The notes: a model not told the origin generated them from the letters alone. 64,000 bases of DNA from Carcharhinus amblyrhynchos (GCA_965287045.1 OZ336897.1:20956001-21020000); one strand, 5' to 3'. Shown: positions 38,746-52,077, counted from the first letter of the stretch. Program-made: numbers and translations.

Positions 38746-41700
38746 AGGGAGACAGAAATATAATACATTTTAGGCAAATGAAAGGGGTGGCGGGAAAAAT
38801 GGAAAGGAAAAGGGAAAGTCTGGGATCGGGTGGAGGTGTGAGAGAGATTACCCAACAAAAGATTTCATGGTACAAAAGACAAAGGCAGTGGCAATTGTTA
38901 TAATCTTTCTTATTCTTTTCCCATCAGTTCCATCACAACATGTTCCAAATGGAAGGTAATGCAATTATAATGACAGCTTTTGTGATTCAACAAGCAAAAG
39001 ATAGAGTATTCAATATGAAGATACTTTAGCCACTTAATTTTAAAATCAACTATCTCTAGGCTAAGTTTAGCCTAGCACAGGTTAGACACAGGGTTGAAGC
39101 TTATTGTATCCTGGCACAATCTGTATGCTAGCCAAACAAGTCTTAACAGTTTTTTTCCCTCACCAGTTATACTCAAAGGCTCAAGATTATGATTTAGACA
39201 AACTGAACAAAGATATGAGAAGTATTTGTGCTTATGGATTTTACCCCCAATTAGGAACTAAAAGATTGCTCAAATAATTTCTAAGACAGGCTACCTCCCA
39301 TCTGTTTAAGTGGAATTGAAATCCAGCTCACCCAATGGACAAGTAAAAAAAATTAAAACAAACCAATAAATGTTCTCCAATTCCTTTTATAACAAATTAA
39401 ATTTTAACCAAGCCAGCTTACAAAGCTTTCACGTATCTAGTTTTCAAATAATCAAGGTAGAAAATATAATTAAACACATTTAGAGCAGAGAAGGGGCTGT
39501 TCCGCCTATGGTGTTAGTGTTAGCTCTTTGCTGAAGTATCTAAAAATCACTTATCCCTGCTCTTTCCTCACAGCCTTGTATTGTTTTCTGCTTCTCCTCA
39601 ATCTTGTATTATTCTTTGCTTCAAATGTTTATCTCTAGCAATGAAAACTGGTCACACTACACTACTAAGTCTTTGAGTAATTGCTTCCTGCTTTAGTATC
39701 TCTACATTACCTGATCATTGCATATTAATCTATAATTTTGTTTGATTATTTTTATAAACATTTGAATTTCTTGTAGTTTTGTATAAATCACATCAAATTT
39801 TGTAGCTCAAGACCTTCAACTGAGTGCAATGGTGCAACAAGTTTAAGCTGTTAAATCATATAGATGGGAGCCGAAGAGCCACAGTATTTGTTAAAAGTTA
39901 ATTATGAGGTTAAAGTTTTTCTCTAAGCAGAACAATACATGCTAAAATGAGATTCTTGTTGCATTTAGATGGGGTAATTATAGTTGAAGAGAGGTGGATA
40001 AATATTCTAATTAGACTTTGTGCAAATCTATATCTCCATATGGCAACCCCAATATGCTAAATGCACACCACTGCATCACAGCTCTCTCTATAGGCATAAG
40101 GTAATCCATCATCTGGTACTGCAATGACCCTAGTCTTTACTGCATGGTAGCAATTTCACTGAAATACAAAGTCAATTATCTCCTACTTTGTAAATGTCAT
40201 GGCAGTGGGTCATTATCATTTACTTAAAAATCTGAATGAAATGGAAAACATACAAAGCCTGGAATGGCATTCAGATGGCTGAACTTCAAACTTTATAACC
40301 AACTTCAGTGTTGATCATCACCAAAACTGAATTTTTAATTGCCTGATTTTCCGGTTTTAAATGAAGCCAATGATAAAACACCTTGTCATAGCAAGATTTT
40401 GTTGGGGAGGAAAGAAAGGGCTAATCGGCAGGCGCATATATCCAAGCACAAAATACCCAGTAACAGCAGCTGTGGGGATGTCCATTGTCCAACACATCCC
40501 AACCCTCCTGCAAAAGAAAGGCTGTGTAAACATAATAATTAATTTGTAAAATATTGTGGAAATTGTAAACATGGGGCCCCAAAGCAACATGGTGAGTGAT
40601 CCTTCTTTGAAACACAAGTCAAATTGTAATGTTGGCTTTTGCTTAGGAAAACAAGAGATTAAAAGTTATCCTTGGAAGAAACAAATCATAATGAAGTTCC
40701 ATTATGTGGGACTCCCATTGTATATCTTGGGCTTCAAATCTAGAACCATGTCTGGAAATATACAGATTAACTCAACATACTGTTAATCTACTGGGTAAAA
40801 TTACTTTAAGTGAATACATTGCGATTAAATCATATTTGAACAGCAAAACTACAAATTTTAAATGTGATTTAACTTTGTGTCGTCTTAAAGTATACAGTTT
40901 GTAAATGATAGAGATAACGATTTAGGCCATACACCCCAATCCCCTATTCTTTCCCCCACTCCCACCATTACCATGGTTCCAAAAGTTATTTTCTGTGTTT
41001 TTTGGTGTGTACATTTTATAAAGGCATCGAAAATGTTGCAGGCTCTTATTTGGCTCAACCTCCTGTAATTAATTATTCGGAATTCACAGAGGATTTTTAG
41101 GGCATTGACGTTTACACTCAGGTCTCTGGCATAATTTATTATCTATTTACTCACTGTGCAAGCTCAGAAAGGTCACCTTTGACCTACTGCAGGCACATGC
41201 TATCAATTTTCTTTGGATTCCCTCAATAATATCCAACCCTACTATCCCTTACGAGCTGGAAATACTTAAAACATCAAAGCTGTGCTTTACTGCTTCAAGA
41301 ACAAAGAGCATGTTCTAATGGAACAATAATGCAAAACACAAAATTACATCAACTTTCTAAGTCTACTTACAAGCCCCAAGAATGCACAACACATACAAAC
41401 AACTGCAATTAAATGCCAACAAGCAACATTTTAAAGAATACTTCACAACCTCTTCACATTTATCAAAACTAACTGCATGCCAGACAAACTTACACTGCAT
41501 TTATTAAATCAATTTTAGTCTCTACATATTTAAATGATAAGGAATGATCCAAGTTAATAGAAAAATGGGCGCACAATTCAGGATAAAACTGGTTACAAGC
41601 ACGAAAATCAAAATCAGATTTTGAACTTTCCAGTTTAGCAGAGGTTCTGAAATTATTGACAATGCTGTATTTCCTCATTCACCTGACACACAATAATAAT

Positions 41701-42359
41701 ATTCTTGGGGGAAAAAAGTCTGATTGGTCACTTCCTACCAACACAATGCATCATGTTGCAGGATAAGGTGTAAAACTGTGTACAAAGTCCTGGGTTTCAA
41801 AGAGAATATCAGTGACATGACTGAGAATTAGATTTAACTCCCTGTAGGGTCAAGAATGCTCATTTGATTAGAAGCAGATGGAACAATATGAAAGCCAGCT
41901 CCTGGACCTCATCTTTAAACAGGAAATTCAGAGCTAACCAACTGGCTGTTCCTTAATTGTTCCCAGAGACTCATATTGCGCTTCTAACTATTTTTTTTGT
42001 TGGGAAAAAAGTCCTTCATCTTTGCATTTATGTTTGATCAATGATCACAAGTTAAAAACAAATGATTTGCACTAAAATCTATGTTGTAGTCAAAATGGGT
42101 TAAGGAAGAATTTACAGCATATTTTGTGACCATGTGCACTTGTGTAACTTTCATGCAGCATCAATAAATACACTAGATGCTCAAGAAACTCAAACACCAA
42201 TGACAAGTTTTTAAGAAATACAATTAAGTAGAATTCAAATGTTAGCTTTTTACATTAGAATTAGTTACAACTGCTGACAACTCTGTGACTGTCTATTGTG
42301 CCACTAATCATGTTATCCAATTACAACACAAATGTTACACAAAGGAAATCCACACTTAC

Positions 42360-42428
42360 CGTTTTCCTATTGTAATAATACATAAGTGAATTGCTGCCCA
42401 TTCCAGGCACAGTGTAAGCGCAATACAT
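42360..42428 (-). CDS. TCF12: HEBAlt alternative first coding exon (23-aa Alt domain)
   Basis: gccagcaacATG at 42428, 69 nt, then ACG|GTaagt donor in phase 0, compatible with the VYAPS exon. Translates MYCAYTVPGMGSNSLMYYYNRKT, nearly identical to the HEBAlt/E2-2Alt Alt domain. Lies between exon 8 and exon 9 equivalents as in mammals. Confidence 0.96.
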
Positions 42429-45400
42429 GTTGCTGGCTCAATCTAGTGCAGAGAGATCAGCAACTGTGCACTTCACAGTACAACACATTCAACTACACAG
42501 TTTCAGGCAGACTAATTCCTTAATCTTTCCACACATGGATCTACTCAGAAGGAACTTATGCAAAGTAGACTGAACCATTCTACTCAACAGCCAGGGGAGG
42601 GAAGTTGAGCTTTACTGGCTGCATTCCATATTCAGTATTCGAAGTGGACTTGTCATAGCAGACACACAATTAAACAGGAACATTGAAGTACAGCAGGAGA
42701 GAAAATAGTTGTTGCCAAAAAAGTATAATGGCTAACTATCTTTTCATACCCTTTATTTTCATCATTAGATTCATTTAATGAAGCAAAGGCTAAAATACCA
42801 CAAAAGCTAAATCTACATTTAATCCATTTGCTTTAATTAAATTAGCACACTTGTAGTAATAAAGACTTGGTCTAATACATTCTGGCAACACAGCCATCTG
42901 TCTCTGTCCCAAATTACCAAGTATGTAAATAAAGATATGAACAAAAGCATTTTACATGAGATAAAAAAGTGACCACTGTAAAACCATGGTACAGGGAAAC
43001 AGGAAACTACTCAAATAAAGCTGTATTCTCTATACTCATTATAACACATTTCCCAAGAGCCAAACATTTGATACTTGATAATGAGGCTCATGGTATAATG
43101 AAGGTCTGGTTGCTTTATATTAAGAGATAATATTACATTACAGTCTTACGAGAAGACAGTGCAATTAAAAAAAGTCCAGAAACATAAAATATAAAGTAAC
43201 TGGATTGTCCTGGACCATTGTGTCCACTTGAGTTTAGTCAAAATACATAAGATATTAAAGACATTTCAAAAGTACAAAATACACCCAAGTGGAGAAAAAG
43301 TAAAATTCATTAACACGCACACACAATCCTCACTCTGGTGAAAAAGCTTCAGAAGCAGCTGCAAAAGAACAATATACGTCAGGCTAATAAAACGCCAGGC
43401 AAAATGACGTGCAACTTCCTCCAGAGACCACGAGGACCTATTTTGGTCCTGTGAGGCCAGTGGAAAAGCTTTGATTTACAATTAACAATTCCATTCACTG
43501 AACCTTCTTATAAATGTTTTGTCTCTTCAGGCAGTGATATGTTAAAAAGGGCTTTAAATCTCCCCAAGTCTCCCTTGATATTTCCTCGATTCCATGAGAT
43601 AAAAAAACCGAACTGCTGCAAAGCATTGTATGTTCAGAAAATGGAAGGAAAGGACATTTTAATAGACACTAAAATTCTGTGCTTTAAGTAATTGTTTGTA
43701 TAGTTTTATTTGAAAGAAACAACATCCTTTACTTAACTAACACCTGTATTACAAATCAAAATTCTGGTATATCCACATTTTAAACTGAAGCAATCCAACT
43801 GAATGATACCTCTTAATTGGACAAAAATAACTCAAAACAACTATTTATCCCATTAACGTCATGGAAGTGCTAATCCTAGATCCTGCCTGCTGAACAAGTC
43901 AGCTGGAGATGATGATTTTAAACCTTTATTTCAGCCAGACGTGATTACTGGGCGAGACGCACAAAGTTACCTGATTTATTCCCATTTATGGCCTCTATAC
44001 TGTACGATGCAATGACATCAGCCATTCACAGTTTATTTAACAATTTTTTTTTAACAAAGATAGGATTTACAGCGGAAGGCAGTATTGGCATAGACATTTT
44101 TCACATTTTGCAGGGCTATCAAGCATTGTTACATCACATACAGCACAAAGGTTTATCTATTGTGTCTCCCAGCAAGCATCATTCTAAACCCAAAGGCCGC
44201 TGCATCCAAATGATGTTTCCATTCATAATCAAGCCATTCCATTCCACACCTCTGTGAAAAGCTAATAAATTTTGACCTATATTTTGTTCAGTGGAATGAA
44301 TCTCTTCACCAGGAATTGGGTCAAAGTGCCCAAGTAGACAGAAAATATATAAAGATCTTAAGGATCCTGCAAGTTAGGCTACTGATCCGATTAGCTGGGA
44401 TAAATTCAAAAGATGAAGATTAGACTTTTTCTAAATACACACATATATCCACAACACACACACTCATGACTAATAGACGTCTTCACACAAACAGAATTAC
44501 AAAATGCTTGATTACGTTTATGTTCTGGTTATTAATGGAACCCTATCTCATGATATTTCAAACCCACTTGACTTTGGAACACAATAAATATACTTGGGTA
44601 ACACTGAAGGAGGAATATATTCTATTGAATTGCATAATTTGGAATGTCCTACAAATTATACCTTTGTGTTCAAACAGGTTCTTTGATCATCCTTGGTTGC
44701 TACGTTTAATATTTTTCAAATACTGGGGTGGGAAGTAACCTACGAAGATTGTGTACATAACACCCCCTCTTACAAGGCCAAGCTTAATTCACTACATGCA
44801 AGAACAGCAAAAATGATGGCATATGAAGTGGGCTCCTATGTAACATGTCAGCTCTCGGATTATCTCAATTAGCTATTTTAGAGCTCTGGACAATAATTAC
44901 GAAATGGCAGAAGCAGTGGCAGGTGCATGGGCATCATTCCATTTATAAATGCATTGTGACAATTCAGTACAATGCTTCACCCTTAACAACTTAGCTGAAA
45001 AAAAGAGAAGTTATTGAAATCTATTTCCTACTTGTAATATTAGCAATTACAGGCACACATTCCCAAACAAAATCACAAAGCAAGCGTGTAATTTAAATGG
45101 GATGTGTATTTTCAAGATTAGATTGCAAATAAATAACTCAATATTGTTTGCTTTACTGCAACCTAGTTACCAGAACAATAAAAAACACTCTCCCCTAGCC
45201 CAAAACAGTTTGCTGAATTCTGTGGTCTTATGACATAGATTGTACTTGAGCACAAGTTTTTATTCTGCAACGTGATGCAATCGTCAGCAACATTATTCCA
45301 GATGCATCCATTTGAACGAGTTATGTTGCAGTTACAACTGGACAGCACAGGGAGAATGGCTGTCCCCCAATGTTCCGGAACATTCTTCTTCATGTTGCAC

Positions 45401-46184
45401 AGAAATAAAAATATTCTATTCTGTACCTATGGCCCCACTAAATAAGAAATTCTAAATTTCTAAATCTCACTTAATACATTCAAGTTTACTCGCTTGGCTT
45501 CAAAACAATCTGTATTTACTTCAGGTAATGCACAATTAGCAGGGAGGTCTAATATTGCTGGACTCAGCTTCTCGTTCAAACAGGTACAAAACCTCAGCTT
45601 AAGACTTAATTATATATAGCCTAATCAGCAGCTTTGGAGACAGCTCCAATGGTTCCTTTTAAATGCCAGAGCTGAAAAGTAAAGCTGAAAATTATACTGA
45701 AGTATGAACCTAGTATGAACAATTCTAGTCTTCAAGTACCAGTTTACAGTCCACTTTGGGTAATGAACAGAAGGCATTGTATTTCTGGAACTAAACTCAT
45801 TTGCTTCACTGCAACATTTGCCTTCACATAATCAACCATATGAACCTAGCAGTGAGAAGATACAGTTCAACAATCTCAGCATTTCCTTCTGTGTTATTTC
45901 ATTTTATGGGAATCATTGCTCAAGCACTGAAACCAAATCAGATGCAATTAAAGAATGTTTTGCTGAGAGTCTGAAGCACTTAATTTGTGGGGGTGAGTGC
46001 AGGGGGGTGGTCTGGATAATGCAAAGCAAAATGTTCTTAAAAATCTAAATCATGTTTTTTATACAAATATATATGTATGTAACAACGTTGAGAGCTGGAA
46101 ATAAACTTGCCATGTCCACATTGGCACTTGCCACCAAGTTATGTAATGGATTTAAAAGCGGCATAAACAAACTTAAAACACGTT

Positions 46185-46294
46185 GGGGGAGATCTTATCA
46201 CCCATTCATGCCATGCTCCCGCTGCACCAAAGATGCAGAATTTGACAAATAATGACAAAATCCCGCTGGCGTGAACAGTTGGAAAATTCCAGCC
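46185..46294. mobile_element. Short degraded MITE-like element
   Basis: Ends gggggagatctt ... ggaaaattccagcc, similar in style to 61360-61568. Confidence 0.4.
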
Positions 46295-47074
46295 GTTGTA
46301 CATAAGGTTTTATTAACTTTTTTTTAAAAAACTGACCACATAAGCTTGGCTCAAACAGTAAAGTAAAAATAAAAGAGCTGCAAATGATCGAAATAAAACA
46401 GCATCTGTTAAGAGGAAAGGCAGTTTATGATGCTTTAGGTTCTGAAGAATACACACACAATTCCACAGCCTAACAAAGCTTTTATGTTTTTTCAACATTT
46501 TGTTTCTTATTATAACTTCCGAAGCTAGCCACAAAGTAACACATTTTGACAGTTACATTGTGTTTCATGTTACATTTTACAAGTTGACGAACAGTTTACA
46601 ATCTTATTTTTTCCTGATTGCTATAAGCGGATTTGAATGCCAGGGTGAAAAGAGGAGAAAAAACAGAATTTTAAAAATCAAAAACTGCACAGTTGTGCTT
46701 CCATCTGGGTTTGGCTAATTCCAATACTGCAACAGAGTCATCATAGTATAAAACACTTTAAACAAAAAAAAGTGATGAACAAATACATATCGGTAATTAC
46801 ATTCAATCTGCTTATTCAGTATAACAGGCTGAAATTACAAAAATGGCATTTTAAATGTAGATGGATGGTGCAGTGAAACTGTAAATTCATACATCTTCCT
46901 CTTGCTTTATTGCTCAAACTTGCTCAAGTTTATAAAAATATATACACCAATAAAACAAAGATGAAATATTTTGCTAATTTTGTCCAGTGGTATCAACTTC
47001 AACGTGTGCAGTACAAGTTGTTGCACCTTTGGCGTAACAGTTATCCTGTTTTCAAATATATGGAAACACCAATT

Positions 47075-47310
47075 CAATAAAAATCTGGAATTAAAAGTCT
47101 CATGCTCATGAAACCATTGTCAATTGTTGTTAAAAACCCATCTGATTTATTAATGCCTTTTAGGAAAGGAAATCTGCCATCCTTGACCGGTCTGCTCTAC
47201 ATGTAACATGGGATTACAGCTATGCAGTTCATTCTCAAACGTCCTTTGAAATGGAGGATGGGCAATATACTCCGATCAAGCCAGCGACGCTCACATCCAA
47301 TGAATAAAAA
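47075..47310 (+). mobile_element. SINE with tail shared with the 53340-54330 LINE family
   Basis: aaaaacccatctg...taggaaaggaaatctgccatcctt...gccagcgacgctcacatccaatgaataaaaa. Confidence 0.65.
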
Positions 47311-47784
47311 CAAAACAGAACTCATTGTTGACCAAACTAAACATGAGCTTCAGACATTATAGAGACTCAGGATACTGCTGAATTGAAAAGGATCATAATC
47401 TCATCAACTGAGAATGTTTGGGAAATGAGCTAAAAAGGTACTGAAGGGAAATTACTGAAATAATGGTTATGTTGAAGATTTGAAATGCTAAGCATTATTT
47501 AGAAATTGAATTAGATAAAATATAACACTGCAATCTCAAATCACAATATCCTCAAATTAAAAGACTACACAATTAGCTTGTTGCAACACAATTATAATCT
47601 CCAAAATAACCAATTATGTTTATGTGTAAGCATCACTAAAATATGCACGAACTTCAATTTCTGAGAACATTATCTAACACCAGGGTTAATGAAAGTTAAA
47701 AAGGCACATGCATCACTAACTGTATAATTTTCAAGGAAACACAGAAACCATCTTCACAAACAACATGGGCTAAAACCAAATATC

Positions 47785-47897
47785 CTACCTACCTACATTA
47801 TAATAGCAACTACATTTCATAAAACTCAACTGGCTGTAAAGGGCTTGGGATGTCCGGTGGCTATGAATAATGCTATATAAATACAAGTCTTTTTTCT
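47785..47897 (+). mobile_element. Deu-SINE tail fragment
   Basis: tggctgtaaagggcttgggatgtcc...gctatataaatacaagtctttt, matching the 3' end of 37295-37675. Confidence 0.55.
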
Positions 47898-48450
47898 TTA
47901 TAGATACTGCCACCTGGTGTTGTATGTGAAGAAACTGCAGATTCTAACAGCTGCTAATACAGGAATTATTACTGTACAACAGAATATATGGATCAAGTTC
48001 AGTGCTATTCAGCAAATCTAATGAGGGTAATCAAATTACCAGCCGACCTCAAGGCAGTTTAAATCACTCTCCTACACAAATTTATGCCAGAAATCAAACA
48101 TTCACATTCCTATTTAAGTAGTTCCAAACAATTTTATTTTCCAGCCATCTTGCTGTGTTTCATGTTTCCAGTTTGATATTGGTATTCAGACCTGCATCTG
48201 CAGAGGTAGAAATCTCTTCAGGAGTCAAGATCAGCTGGAAAAACAGCCAGGGGAATTAATTGATGGAGGGGGAGAAATGGGAGTGAGAGGTGATGCTGAG
48301 GCTATGGGGAGAGGTGGAGGGGTGAAAAATTGCTTATGATGGGGGTGTTGCATGGCAGAGTCACAGAAGGATCAAGAGAAAGCTTGTGCAGGGGGCGCAG
48401 GGAAGGGAAACAGAGAACAAGTTCAGGTGGGCCACAGAAGGGGCAAGAGA

Positions 48451-50562
48451 ACATAAGAACATACGAAATAGGAGCAGGAGTAGGCCATCTAGCCCTTTGA
48501 GCCTGCCCCGCCATTCAATAAGATCATGGCTGATCTGTCGCTGCTCAGTTCCACTTTCCCGCCCTCTCCCCATAACCCTTAATCCCCTCTCTTATCAAAA
48601 ACCCATCAACCCACGTCTTAAAAATATTTAGCGAGGCAGCCTCCACCACTTCAACGGGCAGAGAATTCCAGAGATTCACCACCCTTTGAGTGAAGAAGTT
48701 CCTCCTCAACTCCGTTATCTTGAGGCTGTGCCCCCTAGTCCTACTGTCTTTTTTGAGCGGGAAGAGTCTCTCCACCTCTATCCTATCCATCCCATTCATC
48801 ATCTTATACGTCTCAATGAGATCTCCCCTCATTCTTCTAAACTCTAACGAGTACAAGCCTAGTTTATTCAGCCTCTCCTCATAGCTCAACCCCCTCAACT
48901 CCGGTATCAGCCTAGTAAACCTCCTCTGCACTCCCTCCACGGCCAAAATATCTTTGCGCAGGTGCGGCACCCAAAACTGCACACAGTACTCCAGCTGCGG
49001 CCTCACCAATGCCCTACTTTTTTTTCCATCCGGTCCTGGGGACTTGTCCACAATCAGCCCCTCCAGTCTGTCGAGCACCGCCTCTCTAGTAACAGTAATA
49101 TCATTAAGACCCTCCAGTCCTACCACCTTTCCATCGCTAACACCCGGCAAATTATTCACGTCCTCCTCCGTGAAGACAGAAACAAAAACGTTATTCAATA
49201 CCTTAGCCATATCCCCATCCCCTACCACTAGGTCCCCTTTCTCATCCTCTAAAGGACCAACGTTCACCCTAGCCAGCCTCTTCCTTTTTATATATTTATA
49301 AAAACTCTTGCTATCCTTTTTTATATTAAGCGCTAGCCCAGCTTCATAGTTTCTCCTACCCTTCTTTATCAACTTCTTTGTCAATTTTTGTTGACATTTA
49401 AACCTCTCCCAATCCTCTTCTCACCCACTACTCTTAGCTACTCTAAATTCCTCCACTTTTAATTTAACACTTTCCTTCACCTCCTTCGTTATCCACGGCT
49501 TATGACCTCTCCTCCTACTGTCCTTTTTGACCATCGGAATAAATTTCCGCTGAGCACCAAGAAAGATCTCCTTAAAGATCCTCCACTGCTCCTCAGCAGA
49601 CCCTCCCTCCAACGCGCTCCCCCAGTCAACATTCGCCAATTCTTCTCTCATCCTACCGTACTCCCCTCTATTCAAACAAAGGACGCGTGTCCAGGAACCC
49701 ACTTTCTCCTCCTCCATCTGCACCAGAAACTCCACCATACAATGATCACTCTCCCCAAGGGGATCTTTCACAGCAAGGTCCCTAATTCTACCCACCTCAT
49801 TACATAGCACGAGATCCAAGATAGCTCTCTCCCTCGTCGGCTCCAACACGCACTGTTCCAGGAGACTATCCCGGCAGCATTCCAAGAACTCCTCCTTGAG
49901 CCCACCGCGTCCAACATGGGTCGACCAATCAATATGCAGATTGAAATCCCCCATAACTACGGCCGTCCCATTCCTGCACGCCGCACTTATTTGCGCGTTA
50001 ACAGCCCGCCCCACCTCCAGATCATTATTCGGGGGCCTATAGACGACACCCACCAGCGTCTTCCTCCCTTTGCTGTTCCTAATCTCCACCCACAACGATT
50101 CCACGTTCTGCTCCTTGGCTCCAATATCATCCCTTGCTACCACCTTGATGCTATCCTTAATCAGCAGAGCTACGCCCCCCCCTTTTCCCTCCTGCCTATC
50201 CTTCCTAAACACTTGATAGCCCTGCACATTCAGCTCCCAGTCCCTGTCACCTTGCAGCCACGTCTCTGTAATGGCCACCAGATCGTATCCATTTGTGTCG
50301 ATCTGCGCCACCAGCTCATCCACTTTATTCGAATGCTTCGTGCATTCAGATAAAGCGCTTTCATCCCAGCCTTCACCTGGACCCTATTTGCCGTAACGCC
50401 ACCAACCATACTCACGCCCCCTACTCCCTCTATTATTGGGACATCCTCGGCCTCTTCCCTTACCTGTACCCTATCCTTAACTTCAGACCTCGTAATGTCA
50501 CCTACCCTCGCACCCCCCCCCCCCCCGCCAATTAGTTTAAAGCCCTGTCTACAGTCCTTGTG
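48451..50562 (-). mobile_element. Young, internally deleted CR1 LINE (ORF1 end, APE endonuclease, C-terminus and tail; RT missing)
   Basis: ORF 49421..50323 has APE motifs (AITETWL, GGGVALL, GVVYRPP, MGDFN, LDLVL, SDH). ORF 48545..49384 jumps from DKSPGPDG straight to RALVRPQLEYCVQFW. CpG-rich; 3' end in (gttcttat)-like microsatellite units. Confidence 0.95.
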
Positions 50563-52077
50563 GAGACTGTAGAAAAGATGAGATAGCATACATGAATGGC
50601 TGCAGAAGGGGCAAAAGGACAAGTGCGGGGTGGGGGGGGGGGTTGCGGAAGGGTGAGACAGCATGAACGAGGAGGGTGAGAGGAATGGGCAGTGCAGCAT
50701 ACACAGGTGAGGTGAAATTAGCAAGACAGCATTCGTGGGCAAGCCAAGGGACCAGAGAGGGAGGGAGCAGCATAAGTGGGACCATGTGTGAAGCGGGTGG
50801 AGAGAGACTGACTCCTTCTCCTGATTTAGCAAATTAGTCTGTACAAGCAAGAGGTGAGTTCATATGCCAATAGGGCAAATCAAAATCAAAATTATTAAGG
50901 TAAGCCATCAAGTTAAAATTATTTCAGTATAAATCAATTATTACCCAATTTTGATACAAATAAAACTCCAGCATACAGAAAATTGCTTGAAATTTCTAAG
51001 TTACAAAATAACCCTAGACCAGTGTTAAAAATACCATTTTTCAAGATAATTTACGTCTTAGATCAGATATCACCTTATTAGCTGTGTTGCTTACCGTGTG
51101 AAAGGCTACCTATCACAGATTTTACCTAGAGTCATTTCACATTCCGGTCCATTTGTTTGTCATACTTTCAGCACTGTATGAATTTCTACACAAGATCACA
51201 TTTTAAATTAAATAGTTAAGACTATTGTATAATCATTTCACTGTGCTTTGACCGGGAAAAGACAAGTCTGTCACTGCTTCATACTGCAACACCTCCAATT
51301 GACCAACACAAAGAAAAAAGCAAAATGAAAAGTTTGATTTAGCCTGTACATTTTGGACAAGCAAACAAAACCCTCACTTACTACGACGGTTCCTAGGAGA
51401 TAAACAACATAACATCTTAGTTGATCAGATGGAAACAACAGCATTTAAAAGACTGCAACTCGATACAGGATTTGTGGAATTCTGGTACCACCCAGCAAAA
51501 GACACCATTCTAACCACACATGTCATAACGCCAAAGTGACCAAACAAGCCAATTTCAGAAGTACATGCTTAAACCTTATTGTTATGATTGTATCTCAACA
51601 TAAAATCAAATTTAATTAAATACTGCACTTACTTGTAAGGGGTTACATCACCTTTACAGAAGTAAATCCACATAGAAACATGATCACACATCTATTTGAA
51701 TAGTTAATAGCATAAAGACAGCAATTTCTGATATCTGTTGTCCATAAGCACACATTTCAGTGAAATCACTGCAGCACTGAATTCTAACACATGTAGAAGT
51801 CTACGTTAACAAAGCTGCATGATTCCAGACGGTAAGGTGGTGCCACATCGAATTTCCAGTAGATGGCACTTTTACCAACAGGTTACAATGCGTTTTGAAT
51901 GTAAGTGGTTTGACAGACATGAAAACAATTCGTATGCGAATAATAAATACACCCAAAGACGTTCTAAACCTCAGTACCATCAATGGCAATTTGCCATTCT
52001 CCTGCCACTGATAGTTTCAGAAAACCAAACAAAGAAACCTGTGGAGCTCAAGTACCAATGACCGAAATTCACAGCTG

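Noticed and set aside
41371-41394. Minus-strand MCCAFLGL ending at a phase-0 GTAAGT, superficially like MYCAY
   Set aside because: Only 8 codons; expected by chance in an intron this size.
43971-43985. Minus-strand MGINQ|GTAACT mini first exon
   Set aside because: Five codons with a stop immediately upstream; no independent support.
48435-50614. CAGAAGGGGCAA at 48435-48446 and 50603-50614 as TSD of the young CR1
   Set aside because: The right copy is about 40 bp beyond the apparent CR1 5' end and is more likely an internal repeat of the purine-rich host sequence.
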